This document shows positions 25,301 to 38,900 of a DNA stretch of 64,000 bases, in pieces. The notes under the pieces were generated by a model. It saw only the letters and a list, made by a program, of their open reading frames with translations, was not told the DNA's origin and made no database searches. The translations under genes were made by a program, and so were the position numbers. The DNA is from Guillardia theta CCMP2712 (lineage: Eukaryota > Protista > Cryptophyta): NCBI RefSeq assembly GCF_000315625.1, contig NW_005434656.1, positions 696,645 through 760,644 of the forward strand, read 5' to 3'. How positions within the stretch are numbered: position 1 is the stretch's first letter; every line of letters starts with the position of its first letter.

Positions 25301-26358
25301 GCACCGGCAGGGAAGAGATAGTCAAAGACGATTACACTCGCCGATCCTCCTCCTCCCGACTTTGACCTTGTCAAGGAGCGTCAACGAGACAACTGTAGCT
25401 CTTCTCCACTCATTCCACCTCCTCGACTTCTTGGGCTGCTTCACAGCAGCAGTCTGCGCAGTCGTGGCAGCCTGCGAGAGGACTCACTGTAACCATCGCA
25501 TGCGGCGAGGGCTCGGCGACTTACAGCCGCTGCTGCCGTCTGCGCCGTTGCCACCTCCACCGGGCCAATCAAGTAGTCCCAGAGGGCAGTGACGTCCCGT
25601 ACCGAGTCGAGCCTGCACTCCAGTCAGCCTCGTCATGGCGGCCGGCGCTCACATGGAGTCTTGGCTGAAGATCGTCCCCCTGATCTGCGACACGACCTGT
25701 TGGCCATGAGTTTTGCTCTCTGACTTCCTCTCCCTCTTCTGGACCTGATACGATCGATTCGGCTGGTTCTGAAACCAGAAGGTAATCCAGAACACCAGCA
25801 CGTAAAAGCAGTAGAAGAACAGCTGTCTGTATCCTTTCAGAATCCCCGGAAACGTTCTCAGGCGCTTCATGGACTCCCTTGGCTCCCTCAGTCAGCGCGA
25901 TGCACATGAGGAGCAAGAGGATGGCAAGGTTACCTTGTGTCGAAGACCGCGTTCGCATCAAAGTCCTTCTTCCTCCTTACGCTGAAGATGACATGGGAGA
26001 TGATGGAGGAGCTCGTGGAGATCCAGGAGCCTCCTATCCTCCGAAGCTTCTTCAGCTTGTCGTTCCTTTGCTCGTCAGCCCTCTGCTTATCGTCCTTGTG
26101 CTGTTCCCTTTGCATTCCATGGCTCCCATTTGTTCCATTGATCCCATTTTGTTGGTCGTCCCTCTCACCATGCTCATCGTCTGCGGGCCCATGCCCATAG
26201 TCCTCTGTTGCGCTACCTTCTTTGTACACGGCATGCTCCTCCTGACTTGCTTGTCTTCCGTCCTGTTTCGACTTCCCGTTCACATGCTCGACCGAGCTGA
26301 CCTCCCTTGCGGCAGCATCGTCTTTCCTTTCCTCTTTCCTCTCCACCGCTTCCATCAT
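22343..26358 (-). CDS. Polycystin-2/TRPP-like cation channel, multi-exon
   Basis: LRENRFIDRQT...FAMYN (TOP domain), WNYLDLLN, GYMLFGTSMYEY, FGPFFFISF...VLINVLLAILVDTY. The 3' exons are approximate. Confidence 0.85.
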
Positions 26359-26823
26359 GCGTGCCTCTGAGCAGGGACCTTGTACTCTGACCTGTCTCTG
26401 CCTCCTCCCTCTCCCCTCCTCTACCTCGACGCCCTGCTTGTCTTTCTCAGTGATGTCTCGACCATAATTCGCATCCCCGAAAAAAGACCATCGGAGTGCT
26501 GCCGTCGATAAGTGGTGCTAAGGTGTAATTGATGGTTGCTGCCTTGAGTATAATGTATGCAAACCAGCGAGGCGAGCTTGTCTTGATAGATATTGCTCCT
26601 CCCGGTTTTCAGGTTTTCAGGGCCGAGGCAGAGTCGATGAAGAAAAATTTATCAAACAAGCATGTCTAGAGACAGAAAATATGATTTAGCATGAGAGAAA
26701 TAGTTTACATGATGACAATGACGGCGGCGGCAGCAGCATCAACATCAATCCTGAATGATTGCAGTAGTCGTCGCAACAACAGCAGGACAAACAAGAAAAA
26801 CATGATTGAGTCTTGTTGATCTT

Positions 26824-28558
26824 TCAGGTGCCAAGCATGTCCGGGTGAGCTGATCGGTTCACGCGGTAGAGGCGATGCATCTGACAGCAAGTGAGGCTGA
26901 GAAGGCGGGAAAGCAACGAAGAGAGCAAGGAAGGCAAGGCGGGGAGGAGGGCCGATTGGGGTGGGGGATTGGAGAAGAAAGCGTGTGATGACGCCGGTGC
27001 TGTTGTGGTTGTTGTCGTGGTTGTTGTTGTTGTTGATGATGATGATGATGATGATGACGACGACGACGACGATGGACGATTGCAAAGATGAGAAGTAGGA
27101 GGAGGGGGAAAGGAATGCATAGATGGATTACCTTGGTCTTGAGGTTGTAGAGCGAGAGGTCATGCAATTGGATCTCCCCGATGATGCGAAGGTTTCTCGG
27201 TCCTTGGAAGAGGACGGCGAGACTGAGATCTCTGTACCCGTCCTGCACGTCCTGCTTGTCGTAGGCGAACTTGTTCTTCACCCGGCATACCCTAAGCTTC
27301 GAGCTCTGCCCTCCTTCCTGGAACCACTTCATAACCTCCAGCACGTGCGCTGGGCTGGTGCAGACAATGGAGATTCGGACAGGGTCGAGGATGCAGGCCG
27401 AGAGGGGCCAGGGGCGGATGTTCTTGTACTTCTCCAGCTTCGCCTGCATGCGGTTGATGGTCTTAATGGCGGCAAAGTGGACGGAGAGCGTTCCCGGAGC
27501 AGCCTCGAACTTGCAGCGCCGCATGCTGAACGTGTGCCCTGCCACTTTGTCGTAGCTTCTTGCCCTCTTCTTGAAGTCTTTCCGTCCGTCGAACGTGCAG
27601 TGCTGGTCAATGACGGCAAGCACGGCCTTATCGAACTCCTCCTTGAGCAGCGTCGCCCTCCTGTACAGCTGATGAATGAACACATCCTCGTTGGTGGAGC
27701 TGGGGATCCAGGACGAGGCCTTGACCCTCCTGCACAAGTAGACGCTGCTCATGCTCTCCGCTTCTCGCTCAGCCTTGTCGATGCTGGTCGGCCTTATCGC
27801 ACCGACCTGAGGGAGAGCGTCAAGTTCGGAGGAGGAGGCGGCAGAGTACTCACCGTGTCTTGGCGCACAGCAGCCATCTGTAACCAGTTCTCTTCCGTCA
27901 GACCTCCCTCGAACATCCCCCGCAGGTCGGGGAAGGTGGGTTGGTCCGGGATGAGGATATCGCTCGGGCGGCGAAATTTGATGACCTCTCGGCCGACTTC
28001 TGCATCATTCCTTTCCTCGTCCCCCTCTCTGCATACTCAGTCAGATCGCCGTAGAGACGTCAAGCACAGCATGCGGCACTTACTCATCGATAGTTGCCGG
28101 GCCCATCTCGAAGATTTTCAACCGCTCGAGCTTGATCAGCTCCGCCCCCCCCACCTCCCTCACCAGTTGCTCGAAGCGGTAGTGGCAGAGCCCAGCAAGC
28201 TCATCCATGTATGCTCTCACCGACCCCTTCAGCTTCCTGAATAGCGCGCATTTCTCATCCTTCCAGATGCGGATCTTCGACACCTTGACCTTGAAGTACT
28301 CGAACCTCTCGTGGCAGTTCGACACCCTCATAGTAGCCTCCGAAGCGAAGGAGCTGGTGTTGCTCACGTGCGACTGTCTCTCCTCCTCGGTGCTGTCCTG
28401 CTCGTGCTCGTGCTCGTGCAGATGCTCTATGGCCTCGTCGTAGTCGGGCTGCAGCAGGTTCGTGCTGACATCCAGCAGCCAGCTCCTGAACGCATGATAC
28501 TGATGGGACCGATGCTTACGGGCCTTCCCCTGCTGCTCTTCTACCTTCTCCTGCTCCC

Positions 28559-28591
<33 letters not shown>

Positions 28592-30228
28592 CCCCGACGA
28601 TGCAAGCATAAAGAGCATCCACTTGGTTTATGTCAAAGTCGCGCCACAGCGCAAGCTGGGCTGCTGCTTCAAGATGCCGTCGCTGCAGAAAGACGACAGA
28701 TTCTCGCATTCTCCAGAAGGGAACAGCCTCGTGGCTCAGGAAGAATCCATCCTCCTGTTGTATAGTTAAGTCGCTTCGATGTTATGAGGACAGAAACGAG
28801 AGAAGGGAGGTGGAGCGGAGGAGAGACAGAAAGATGGAATTTGTGGGAGTCGTCAAAACAACCAGGAAAAGGAAGCAGGAGGTGCAGAAAAATAACATTG
28901 AGAACAGAGGATAGGGATGGAGCAGCACCTTGTTCAGCCTGAGCCGTCTCCGTATTTCTCTCATCTTTTCGCTCAGGCAGGAGTCGCCCTCGATCTCGAA
29001 CTGTCGCTTCTTCTTGTAGACGAGGAGGATGAAGATCATGAGGCAAGAGAGAAAGAAGGAGCAGACCACGACGGCAACGATCGCCGGATTGACCCACCTG
29101 GGAGCGAAACCGTTCACGTACGAAATTGTGAGATTCCAGTCGTTGTTCGGAACTTGCACAGTGACGGTCACACCGTCGCCGATGGGATGGGAGGAGGAGG
29201 AGGAGACGACTTTCACAGACTGCACTGCCTTCCCCGACGCGTAGGAGACGTCCAGGCGGGTGAGGTTGTAGATTATCCCCTTACTCTTCAGCTCCTGAAG
29301 GATCCCACTTTGATTGAGGAGGAGGGGATAGTTGAACAAGCAAGTGACGAAGCCCCAGAAATTCTTTCCGGCCACAACCTCTCTTTCTACTCCTGCGATC
29401 TTCCTTGTATCCATCGAGCCCGGAACGTCCACATTCACAAACAGTGGAAGTCTGCCGATCAGGAAGTACCCTCCTTGCACCAGTAGCACGGGCCCTGTCC
29501 GCCCGTCACTAAAACGAGGACAGCAAAAATTACCGCGTACCTGACATAGTGAACTCCCCGCTGCTGATCGTGCGCAGCGAGTCCGGCGCCCTCGTCGGGT
29601 CTTCAAGCTGGTCATATCCTGTCGCACCCTCGTTGCCCGCTGCAGGATATGTCATTGTGATAATCCCCCGGGGAGCAAGCTGTAAGGAAATCATAGTCGG
29701 ACTGAGGGACGTCAACTGCAGGATGTCCGAGCAGGTGCCGGAAAAGATGTTCAGAGTGGACTGAGGGATCCCCGATACGTTGCGATAGACCTTACCATCC
29801 TCTCGCGGGACTAATTTGAAGTTTTGCGCAATCCCAGAGAGGTCGGTCAGGGCAGGGACTCGAGTGATGAAGGCGGCGAGGGAGTACATTGGAAGCAAAG
29901 CGCTCTGCAGCTCCTTGGAGAAGAATGCCGAGTAGTAGGTGGCCAAGCTCTGGGCCTCCAGGCGCCTCGAGTCTATTTGGTTCTGCCTCGTTGTGAAGAT
30001 GGTGGAGAGGCCGATGGCGTTGAGCGACAGGATTAGGACTAAGAAGAAAACTCCCACCCTCCAGGTGAACTGGGGCAGCAGGTCGTGCACATACTCCCTG
30101 ATCGACCATCCTGGAGTTGCCCAGTTGCTGCCTGCGCTGGAAAGATTCCCTCTTGAGTTCGAGTCGACCTCAAGGACCACACTTTCTTCCTCCTTCACAG
30201 ATTTCTCTTTCTCGTGATTCCCGTTCAT
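26824..30228 (-). CDS. Membrane protein: TM-CHASE-TM, cytoplasmic linker, C-terminal RelA/SpoT-like nucleotidyltransferase domain
   Basis: CHASE-like GYDQLEDPTR...GPVLLVQGGYFLIGRLP...FWGF between two TMs. C-terminal KTINRMQAK, ILDPVR, RVKNKF, DGYRDL, GEIQLH, MHRLYR. Exons join through canonical introns. Confidence 0.75.
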
Positions 30229-31497
30229 GCCTCCTCGGACGCCTCAGTCCGAACGCTGCCCCCCGCGACGCAGGAGAGAAGAGCAAGCTTCACCACTCCA
30301 CATCAGGCATACAGGAAAGATATATCCTCAATCGCATGCCTGCATTACATTGTCAGCGACAGGAATGCTTTCTAAGTCAACTAGAGCCATAACATGCCCA
30401 AGAATCAGAAGAGACTTCTTGATTTCAGGAGTAGTAGCACGAGAGAATAGAATCACGAGGAGAAACTGATCAAGACGCAATAGGAAACAAGGATACATGA
30501 GGAACATGAATATGTTGGAGAAATCGGATGTCAAAGGTAGTTGGTGGCGGGAGGATCAAGGGTACGGGCAAAATCTGGTGGTGGGCACACAAACTTGCGG
30601 ATCACGTCTGGACTGAGCACTTGCGGGATATCACAAGATGGAGATGAGGGACGAGAGAGAATGTAGGAAACCATGGAAGAGGATGGCATCGGGCGTGAGT
30701 GGATAGTGAGCGAGAGCGATCGCAAGGGAAGAAGCAACCAGCTGAACGGGGGAAGAGCATGGCACTCGGGAATTTATATCTGGTTATAAATATATATATA
30801 TCAATTAAAGCAGGTACAAGTGAAAGGAGGGTACGTAGGAAACAATACTTTTATAACCAAAACTTGGTATTAATACGAAATCATAAAAATATGGGCACAA
30901 ATACTTATATTGTACCGGCGTACTGCAGATATGTACATATCCAGCGATCGCAACGGTTCGGCGATCCAGAAGTACCCAGCTCTAAATTCCTCTCTGACGG
31001 AAATCGGCAGCTCCCCATTTAAATCCTGGGGGGAAGTTTGGATAAACTGGGGTCAACTTTGGTACTGCGATCTTTACTACATAAAATCGAGGTCGCATCG
31101 CGATGTCCGAGTATAATTAGTTTCACCGGCCAAGGGCCGGGGGCCGGGGAACTCCGAGGCTCAGCGGCCGGCCGGGCGGCAGGCTAGGGCTCCGATCATA
31201 GTAGTATCCACAGCCGAGCCTCCGAGAGTCGGACCGCCGGACGAGCCCCCCCCCGGGGGGGGGGGGCACACTGGCGGCTCAGTGAACTTCGGACATCGAT
31301 GGCGCCCGGCGGCCCGGCCGCCTCGGATGTGCGGCGGCCCGTGCCAGTGGCTGCCGGGTTACAGGAAGTTCAACCTCAGTTTGATAGCAGTGCCGCCGCC
31401 GCCCGGGCCGCGGAGAGTCTGACCGTCAAGTCGGCCAGCCAGACTCGGACCAGACGGTCCGACTCTCACTTCACGGCGTGGCGCTTGCATTCAGTTG

Positions 31498-33825
31498 TCA
31501 ACCTCTCACCGACCTGAGTTGGTTCTTCTCCAAGGTCGTCAGACGCCCTTCGACAGAGTCGAGCACGCGCTTGATCTGCCCCGGAGAAGTCAAAGACATT
31601 TTGGGATAGTATCTGGATGATCGTGCCCACCTGCTCCACATTGTTCTGGAGCCTCTCCAGGTAGGCCCCATCCGCTCCTTCGCCACGGCCTGACAACCAT
31701 CTCAATCTCTCCTCTCCTCTCAATCTCTCCTCTCCTCTCAATCTCTCCTCTCAATCTCTCCTCACCCCCTTGTGGGCTCTCCAGCTTGTCAAAGTGATTC
31801 CTTCCCACGTCTTCTCTCTTGGGGAGTCTCAGCTTGGAGATCGATGGCCGCAGGTCGGAACTTTTGTCTCCAGGAGAAGCTTGCGGGGCAGTTGGGGTGG
31901 TGGGGAGCATCCTGCTGGGCCGAACGGCGTTCTTGTCGCCATTTATCTCTTCATACTGCACGGAGAGCGGTATGCTTGCCTTGGTAAAGCGCCTCAACTC
32001 CTCGATAGCGAAGTAGAGCTGCCTGTAGAGGTCCTCCTTCCTCGCCTCGAAGGCTATAGATCCCTTCACGTCTATGTCATACTCTGAGGCTCGCCGCGGC
32101 AGCTTCTTGAAGATGCTCATCCTCACAGACGAGGACCTCGTTCGGGCCACACTCGCCTTCCTTCTCCACCATAGCTGGATGATCCTCGACGCTGTGTTGA
32201 GCACCTTGAACCGCAGGTGATTGTGGTCCATCTTCTGCATGATGAACGCCTCGTCCTCGTTCATCTGCAGCGTCTGTGTGATACTCGCCGTAATGAAGGC
32301 AACGATGATGGGGCCGACAGCCATCGCAATGCATGCAGCGAAACGGCCGAAGTGGGTGACAGGAACAGCATTGCCGTAACCGACCTGCACAGCAAGACAT
32401 GGCAGGATCAGCGGACGGCAGGCACGACAGCATACTTTGATCTCACAGTCGTCAGAGTGACGTAAACGATCCACATCTGGTCCCAGATGTATGTGCTGTG
32501 AGGCTGATATGCCGGGCCCTCAGCGATGCGGACAAAGTATGTGATGGTGACGACGATGGAGAGAGTGAGGGCTGAGATGATTTCAACAGGATGCCGCTTG
32601 ATCGCAACTTTGATGGAGAGGAGGCGGAAGGATATGTTGGTGCTCTGAAACATCTTGACGGTGGCGTGGTCTCGGAGCAGGTAGGACTCCTGCCGCTCAT
32701 GTCAGATTGGATTGTCACATGGGTGAACTCTTAGAAGCTCTTGCGAGACCTCTGGGTTAAAGTAGCGGAACTGGACCTGACAGGCTGCTCGTTAGAAACA
32801 GGATTTTCAACAGCGCGCCATCCACACCTTCATGTGCACCCAACGCCAAACATGATACAGCCTGATCAGCATGACGGCACACAAGATGGACTCTAGCCGG
32901 TAGTAGAAGGTGTTGCCCGACATCTGCAGTGGGAAGTCGTGATACACGAAGGGGACCGTGTGAATGGAGTTGATGACAAGCTCCATGTAGAGTCGCAGCT
33001 TTTCCTTCCAGCTGCTGGTGATCTTGGTCCGGGCAGAGGCAGGGTCTTGGTTTTCTCCTTCAAAGGGAGACTTAGTCACCAGCCGCTCCTGCGAGGTTTG
33101 GAGCTGTCCGTGAAGTCGGAACTGCACGATGATCAACCCAAGGATGACGGCCGTCACGAAGCTCTGCAGCAGCTTAACGAATTCCGCGATGGAGTACTCG
33201 CACTTCCGTGGTGGCCTGTTAGGATCCTTCAACGCTGCCTGCTCCTCCGGCGTGAGGGGGTGGTCGATATACTCCCCTGCCACACACAGCTCATTCACTA
33301 TCACTCCGAGGATGATGGAGGCGATGGCGAGAATCGCTACAACACTCTGACGCGTGTTCATCATCTTGGAGATCCTTCGGATCTGCCTCTGCTCTTGGCT
33401 GTTCTTCATCATGAGTTTCGCAACAGCTTCCTGAGCATGATTTCAACATCTCTCGCGTGTCTACCCTCAGCCCCGCCCACCTGAACTTCAAACTTTGCCG
33501 GGCGGATCTTGCTCTGGCGGATGCTCTCGCGAATCTTGCTTCGCATGCGAAAAGACGGACGGATGGCAACAGCATTAGGCAGCAGCTCATTGTTCCTCTT
33601 TGGGATCCTGTGCAGGAAAACGTCATTGTCCTCGTCCTCATCGGTCGTTTCTGTGTGTTCGCTGTCGCTGTCGGGCTTGCGTTTCTTCATGACGCTATGT
33701 CGGAGGGACCTCCTGAGGGTCTGGAAAGGGCGACTGAATTCCTCTTCCTCTTCCTCTTCCTCGTCTTCCTCGAGGTCAGGTGGGGGGAAGGACTGCTTGC
33801 GCGGCGGAGCTCTGCCGTGTGGCAT
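31498..33825 (-). CDS. SK/KCNN-like 6TM potassium channel with IQ-like tail
   Basis: Pore TLTT|VGYGNAVPVTHFGR, S4-like MLIRLYHVWRW, ELVINSIH, and ASRIIQLWWRRK. Confidence 0.85.
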
Positions 33826-34455
33826 CCTCCGAGACCTCGGTTTGGTGCGCGGCTATGGCAGGAAAACATCAGTCGACTTGTGCGAGGTACTTTTAGAATA
33901 TTCCTCTTGAATAGTGAAGCATCACTTGCAAAGGCAGGGGAGGGAGCATGAGACTGGTGAGATAGCACAGCCTACTGAGGTTTATGCTGGTAGGCAATGA
34001 TAGCTGAGATAGAAACATACAGCAATTAGGTGAGTTAGATCGCTCAGGCGATAGTAAGCAATCTATTGGGCACCGAGAAGGAAAATCATTCATCGACACG
34101 AATATTCAAACCCAGCGGGGGAGGAAAAAAATATCAACAACTGGAAGAGGAACGTGAAATGTGAAGAAAACGACCAGAGAGGAGCACTGATTGCAGCAAG
34201 GAGGGCTGATTTCATGAAACGAAACAGGAGAATTCAGGGGCACTAGCCGGAGGCCAGTATAGAGAAGAGTACTAGCGGGGTTTGGGTTGAGAAGGGGATG
34301 AAGAGGCAAAGGGGGTGGTGAGATTGCAACGAGTGAAAAGAGGAGGAGAGGAGAGAAGGAGTGGAGAGAAGGAGAGGAAAGAAGGAGAGGAGAGGAGGAG
34401 AGGCGAGAAGGAGAAAAGGAGGAGAGGAGAGGAGAGGAGAGGAGGAGGACAGAAG

Positions 34456-34590
34456 GAGAGGAGAGGAGAGGAGAGGAGAGGAGAGGAGAGGAGAGGAGAG
34501 GAGAGGAGAGGAGAGGAGAGGAGAGGAGAGGAGAGGAGAGGAGAGGAGAGGAGAGGAGAGGAGAGGAGAGGAGAGGAGAGGAGAGGAGAG
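34456..34590. repeat. (GAGAG)n pentamer array next to gap 34603-34702
   Basis: Perfect repeat run. Confidence 0.95.
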
Positions 34591-35911
34591 GAGGAGAGAC
34601 GGNNNNNNNNNNNNNNNNNNNNNNNNNNNNNNNNNNNNNNNNNNNNNNNNNNNNNNNNNNNNNNNNNNNNNNNNNNNNNNNNNNNNNNNNNNNNNNNNNN
34701 NNGCAGTTTGTCGGAAGATAACAGAACTGACGATGCTTTGCTCAGTATGGAGCATCCTGTCTTCGGTTGGAGCATGTTGGACCACTGAAGTCACACATTT
34801 CAGTCCGTGTGAGGTGCTGCAGATGTTGCATATGTGTGTGTAGTCATGTGAAGTTCCTCAATAGTGACTTCGATGTACGTGCCGAGTCAGGTAGGCGACA
34901 TGAAGGAGCCGAAGGTCCGCCATATGTGGCTGACGATGAGGTAGATGGTGTTGGTGAGCTTCCAGCTGTCCTCGTAATCTTATAACCCGGAGAGGAGAGG
35001 AGAGGAGAGGAGAGGAGGAGAGAAGGAGATTAGATGAGAGAAGGAGATGAGAGGCGAAGGGCGTGGCTTCGTCTTTGTTAGTGTGAACATTTTTGTACGC
35101 TGTGGTCGCAAGGTAAAGAACCCTCCTTCCCTACTACCCCATGGAGTGGATACACCCACCCTAGCGTGTTATCTTAGCACTCAACACCCCTACCCTCAAT
35201 TTTACCAGTGACAGAATGAAATATATCCACCAAGCATTATTACCCCACCTATCCTGGACCAGTTGTAGTACCCCACCCCCTGAGACGTGCAGGTTGTTCC
35301 CCGACTTCAAGACCCTCGGGTCGGGGTTCACTGATATATGCCTGAAGCGGGTGTACTGCCATGGCAGACTAGGCAGCTAATCTTGTGGCTGCCGGGAGAG
35401 GGGGAGAAGGGAGGAGACAGGGAGGAAGGGAGAGAGGGAGGGAAGGGAAGGGAGGAGGCAGGGAGGGAAGGAGGCAGGGACAAGAGACAGAGACAGAGAT
35501 GGAGATGGAGGGAGGGGACGGAAAGATCGAGTAAGGAAGGAGAAGTATCTTCAAATTCAAATTCTGAATTCACATGATCGTTCAGTCTTCAGTCGCACTT
35601 GAGGCAGCTTCTTCGTTCCTGATGGCATTGCATGTCTCCTTTGTCGCTGACACGACAGTCTCTGCAAGCTTCATCCCACCAGGTCAACCAGGTCAAGAAG
35701 AACAGGAATGAGGTAACGGGGTAATGGAAATGTTTGAGCACTCTTGTGCATGAAGTATTGCTTCCAAGATGTAACTCGAGTGAACTGTAAGAAATCGAAC
35801 AACACCGATGTTCCCCCGCGCTTTCACTCAGCAACGGGAGCTCCTAGTTTACAGCTGGTGCGTTATGATATCCCCCAGCCCCGTGGTGGACGCTACTGGC
35901 CCTGACAAGTC

Positions 35912-38900
35912 TCATGAGTTCGTTCTCATGCCGACTGCTGGGTAAGGAGATTTCCAGCTGCCATGAAGCGCGTCGCCAGAGGACCTCGAGAGGACGGAGC
36001 TCTTGGAGCCTTTCCTCGCCGCCTCCTCGCGCAGATCCTGCAGCTCCTTCGAGACCCTCTCCACCAGCTCCTGCTGCCGGTCCATCCTGACCTGGTGGGC
36101 AAGTGAGGGCGAGTCCACAGTCTCCTGCTCACCTGGAAGTCCATCAGCCTGTCGGGAGCGACGGAGGATGAGGAGAGGAGCGATGGGAAGCCTGTGCTGC
36201 TGCTCCCCCGCAGAAGGTCGAGGGTGTTAGGAAACATGTTCTCCTGTGGCCTCTTGCAGAGCTCCTGAGGGAAGGTGAACGGCGGGCAGTGTGAGAGAGG
36301 ATGGAAGAGAAGGGAGGAGGAGCAGTGAAGGAGTAGGAACTGAAGGAGAGAGCGGGACGGAACGAGCTATGGTGATACGCAGAAGCAGGGAGGAGCAAGA
36401 CCAGGGAGGGAGTAGAGCAGGGAGAGCCGAGAAGGAAGGGAAGGAGAGGATGAGATGAAAGGGTAAACAGTTGGTAGTGTGGGAGGTAGGGAGGCAGAAA
36501 GAGAGAGAGAGAGGCGGGGGGGGGGATTAAGGGAGCGCATGACAGAGGTTTGACCTGCACGATGGCTTGCGACTGCCTGTGGTTCTCTCTGTTCGTCTTG
36601 GTCACCTTGTCCATGGAGCTCTTGAGGGTATCGATGGCAACCAACAGCTTGCTCCTTCCTCCCTCCTCCTCCTCCTCCTTCTCCACCAGACTCGCTCTGA
36701 CTTGGCGGAGTTCTTCCTTCAGCCTGTCGACCGTGGCGTTGTGAAGGGCTCGTAGCTCGCTGATCCTCCTGCTCTCCTGCATCGAGTCCGACTCCCTTCC
36801 ACCCAGCCCTCCTCCTGCTCCTCCTGCTCCCCGCGCCGCCTCCAACCTCAGCTTGGAAGTGATCATGGCAGAGTCGAAGTTTCGCTGCTGGGCGGCATGC
36901 AGCTGCTGCTTCAGGCTCTCTGTCTCCTTGAGACAGTCCTGTCGCACGCTCTTCACTTTCTCTGCTGTCCTCTCCACCTCCTCCTCTGCGCGAACAAGTC
37001 TGTCTCGCAGCCTGTGCAGCTCCTCCTCCTTGAACTGAACCTCCTCCCGGAGCTCGCGCGCCTCGCCCCTAAGAGCCAGTGAGGAAGAATGCGCTCCTTC
37101 GCACTCCGCCTGCGCCTCCTTCAGGCTGAGAGAGAGGGAGAAGTTCTGGCGAGACAAGGAATCCCTCTCCTGCACCTCAAGTCAGAGCTGAGAGGGGAGC
37201 AGTCCAAGGGCGAGGGTGCGGTGAAGTACGACAATGTAGCAAGTGAAGAGCAGCGGAAGGGAGATGGGGAAGGGAGGGGATCGAAGGAGCGAGCGAGCGA
37301 GGGCAGGTTCTGACATGCATGGACGATCTTGGAACGCGTCCTCCTCCTGCTCAGGACTCAAAGAGATTCAAGTGAGCCTGTCCCTTCCTCGCCCCTCCTC
37401 CACTTCATCGTAGAGGAGGGAAGGAGAGGGGAGGTGGNNNNNNNNNNNNNNNNNNNNNNNNNNNNNNNNNNNNNNNNNNNNNNNNNNNNNNNNNNNNNNN
37501 NNNNNNNNNNNNNNNNNNNNNNNNNNNNNNNNNNNNNGGGGGGGGGGACGACAGGGCACACCATCTCGAGGTTCTCAATCGTCCGGTTGAGGAGGGAAAT
37601 CTCTGACTCCATCTTCTGCATCGTCTCCTCGGCGGTCAAGAGCTTCTCTCGCTGCGACAGGAGCTTCGCCGCGTCCTCCTCCCGCAACTCCCGCATGTGC
37701 CGACAGCACGCGGAGGTCTCGAGGACGTGCTGCAGGTGCCGGATCTGCTCCCTCCCCGCCGAGAGCTCCTTGCTCATCCCCTCCGAGGACTTGCGCAGAA
37801 AGACCAGCTCCTGCTCCATCCTCCTGCTCCTGTCCTGGCGGCTCAGAGTCGCTATCGACATGTCCTTCAAGGCAAAGTCGATGGTGTCGATGGCAAAGTC
37901 GAGGTCTTGTACCGCCTGCGACAGGGACTGGGAGAGTTGCGCATCGTCGAGTCCTGCAGGAGGCATGAGGGGAGGGAGGAGGAAAGACAGGAGGAGAGCA
38001 GCGAAGAGTGATGAGGATGCAGAGGAAGCAGAGGAAGGGGTGGGACGAGAAAGGTTGAGGTGACAGGGCAGAGAGGAAAAGAGGGAGGGGGAGAAAAGGG
38101 TCAGTCATCGCACCTCCTGCGGATCTCTTGACGGGAGAGGATGCTATGCTCGACCGTTTCTTCTCAATCTCCTCGCCTTCTCTGCACATCCGATGGATCC
38201 TTTCGAGCTCGACCACCATCTCCTGCACCTTCCCCATCACCTTCCGCTCCTCCGCTCGTCTCCTCGATGTCCCCACAGCCTCCTGGCATTGATGCGCCTC
38301 CACCGTCCTCCTCGTCAACCTCCACAACCCCTCCGTCAGATCGCACAGCCCGTCGATCATCGTTGCCTCTTCCTCCTCCTTCTGGTCGGACGACCGCGCT
38401 ATTCTCGTCACCTCCTCTCCTATCGTCGCGGAGAGGTCCCGGGCGCATTCAAGATCGCCGAGGAGCGAGCGCAGAGCACAGCAGGCTCGCTCCGCCATCT
38501 CAGTTCTCCTCTCCGCCTCCTCCCTCCACCTCTTCAATCCCCCCTGAAGGCCTTGCACGTCCTCCCCCCACCTCCTCTCGTTCTCCAGGAACGTTTCTTC
38601 CGCAACCCGGAACTCTGCTACCTGCCCCACGAGCTCGTCGTTCCTCGCTCTCGATGACATCAACTCCATCCTCAACCTCTCGCCCTCCCCCCTCAGCTCA
38701 GTCATCTCCTTCTCCCTCCCACACAGCGCTTGTGTGAGCCTCTCCACCTCGATCAAGAGCTCCTTCCGTTCCTCCCCTTCCGCCCTCCTCTCCATCCTCT
38801 CCCTCTCCAGTGCCCCTTGCAAGGACTTCAGCTCCTGCTCGAAGGAAGCGACCTGATCGAGGAGCATCGAGAGGGAGGCATCATCCTGCTTGAAGCCGGC

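Noticed and set aside
34850-35830. Exon-like fragments on the minus strand (e.g. YEDSWKLTNTIYLI)
   Set aside because: They could not be assembled into a consistent gene.
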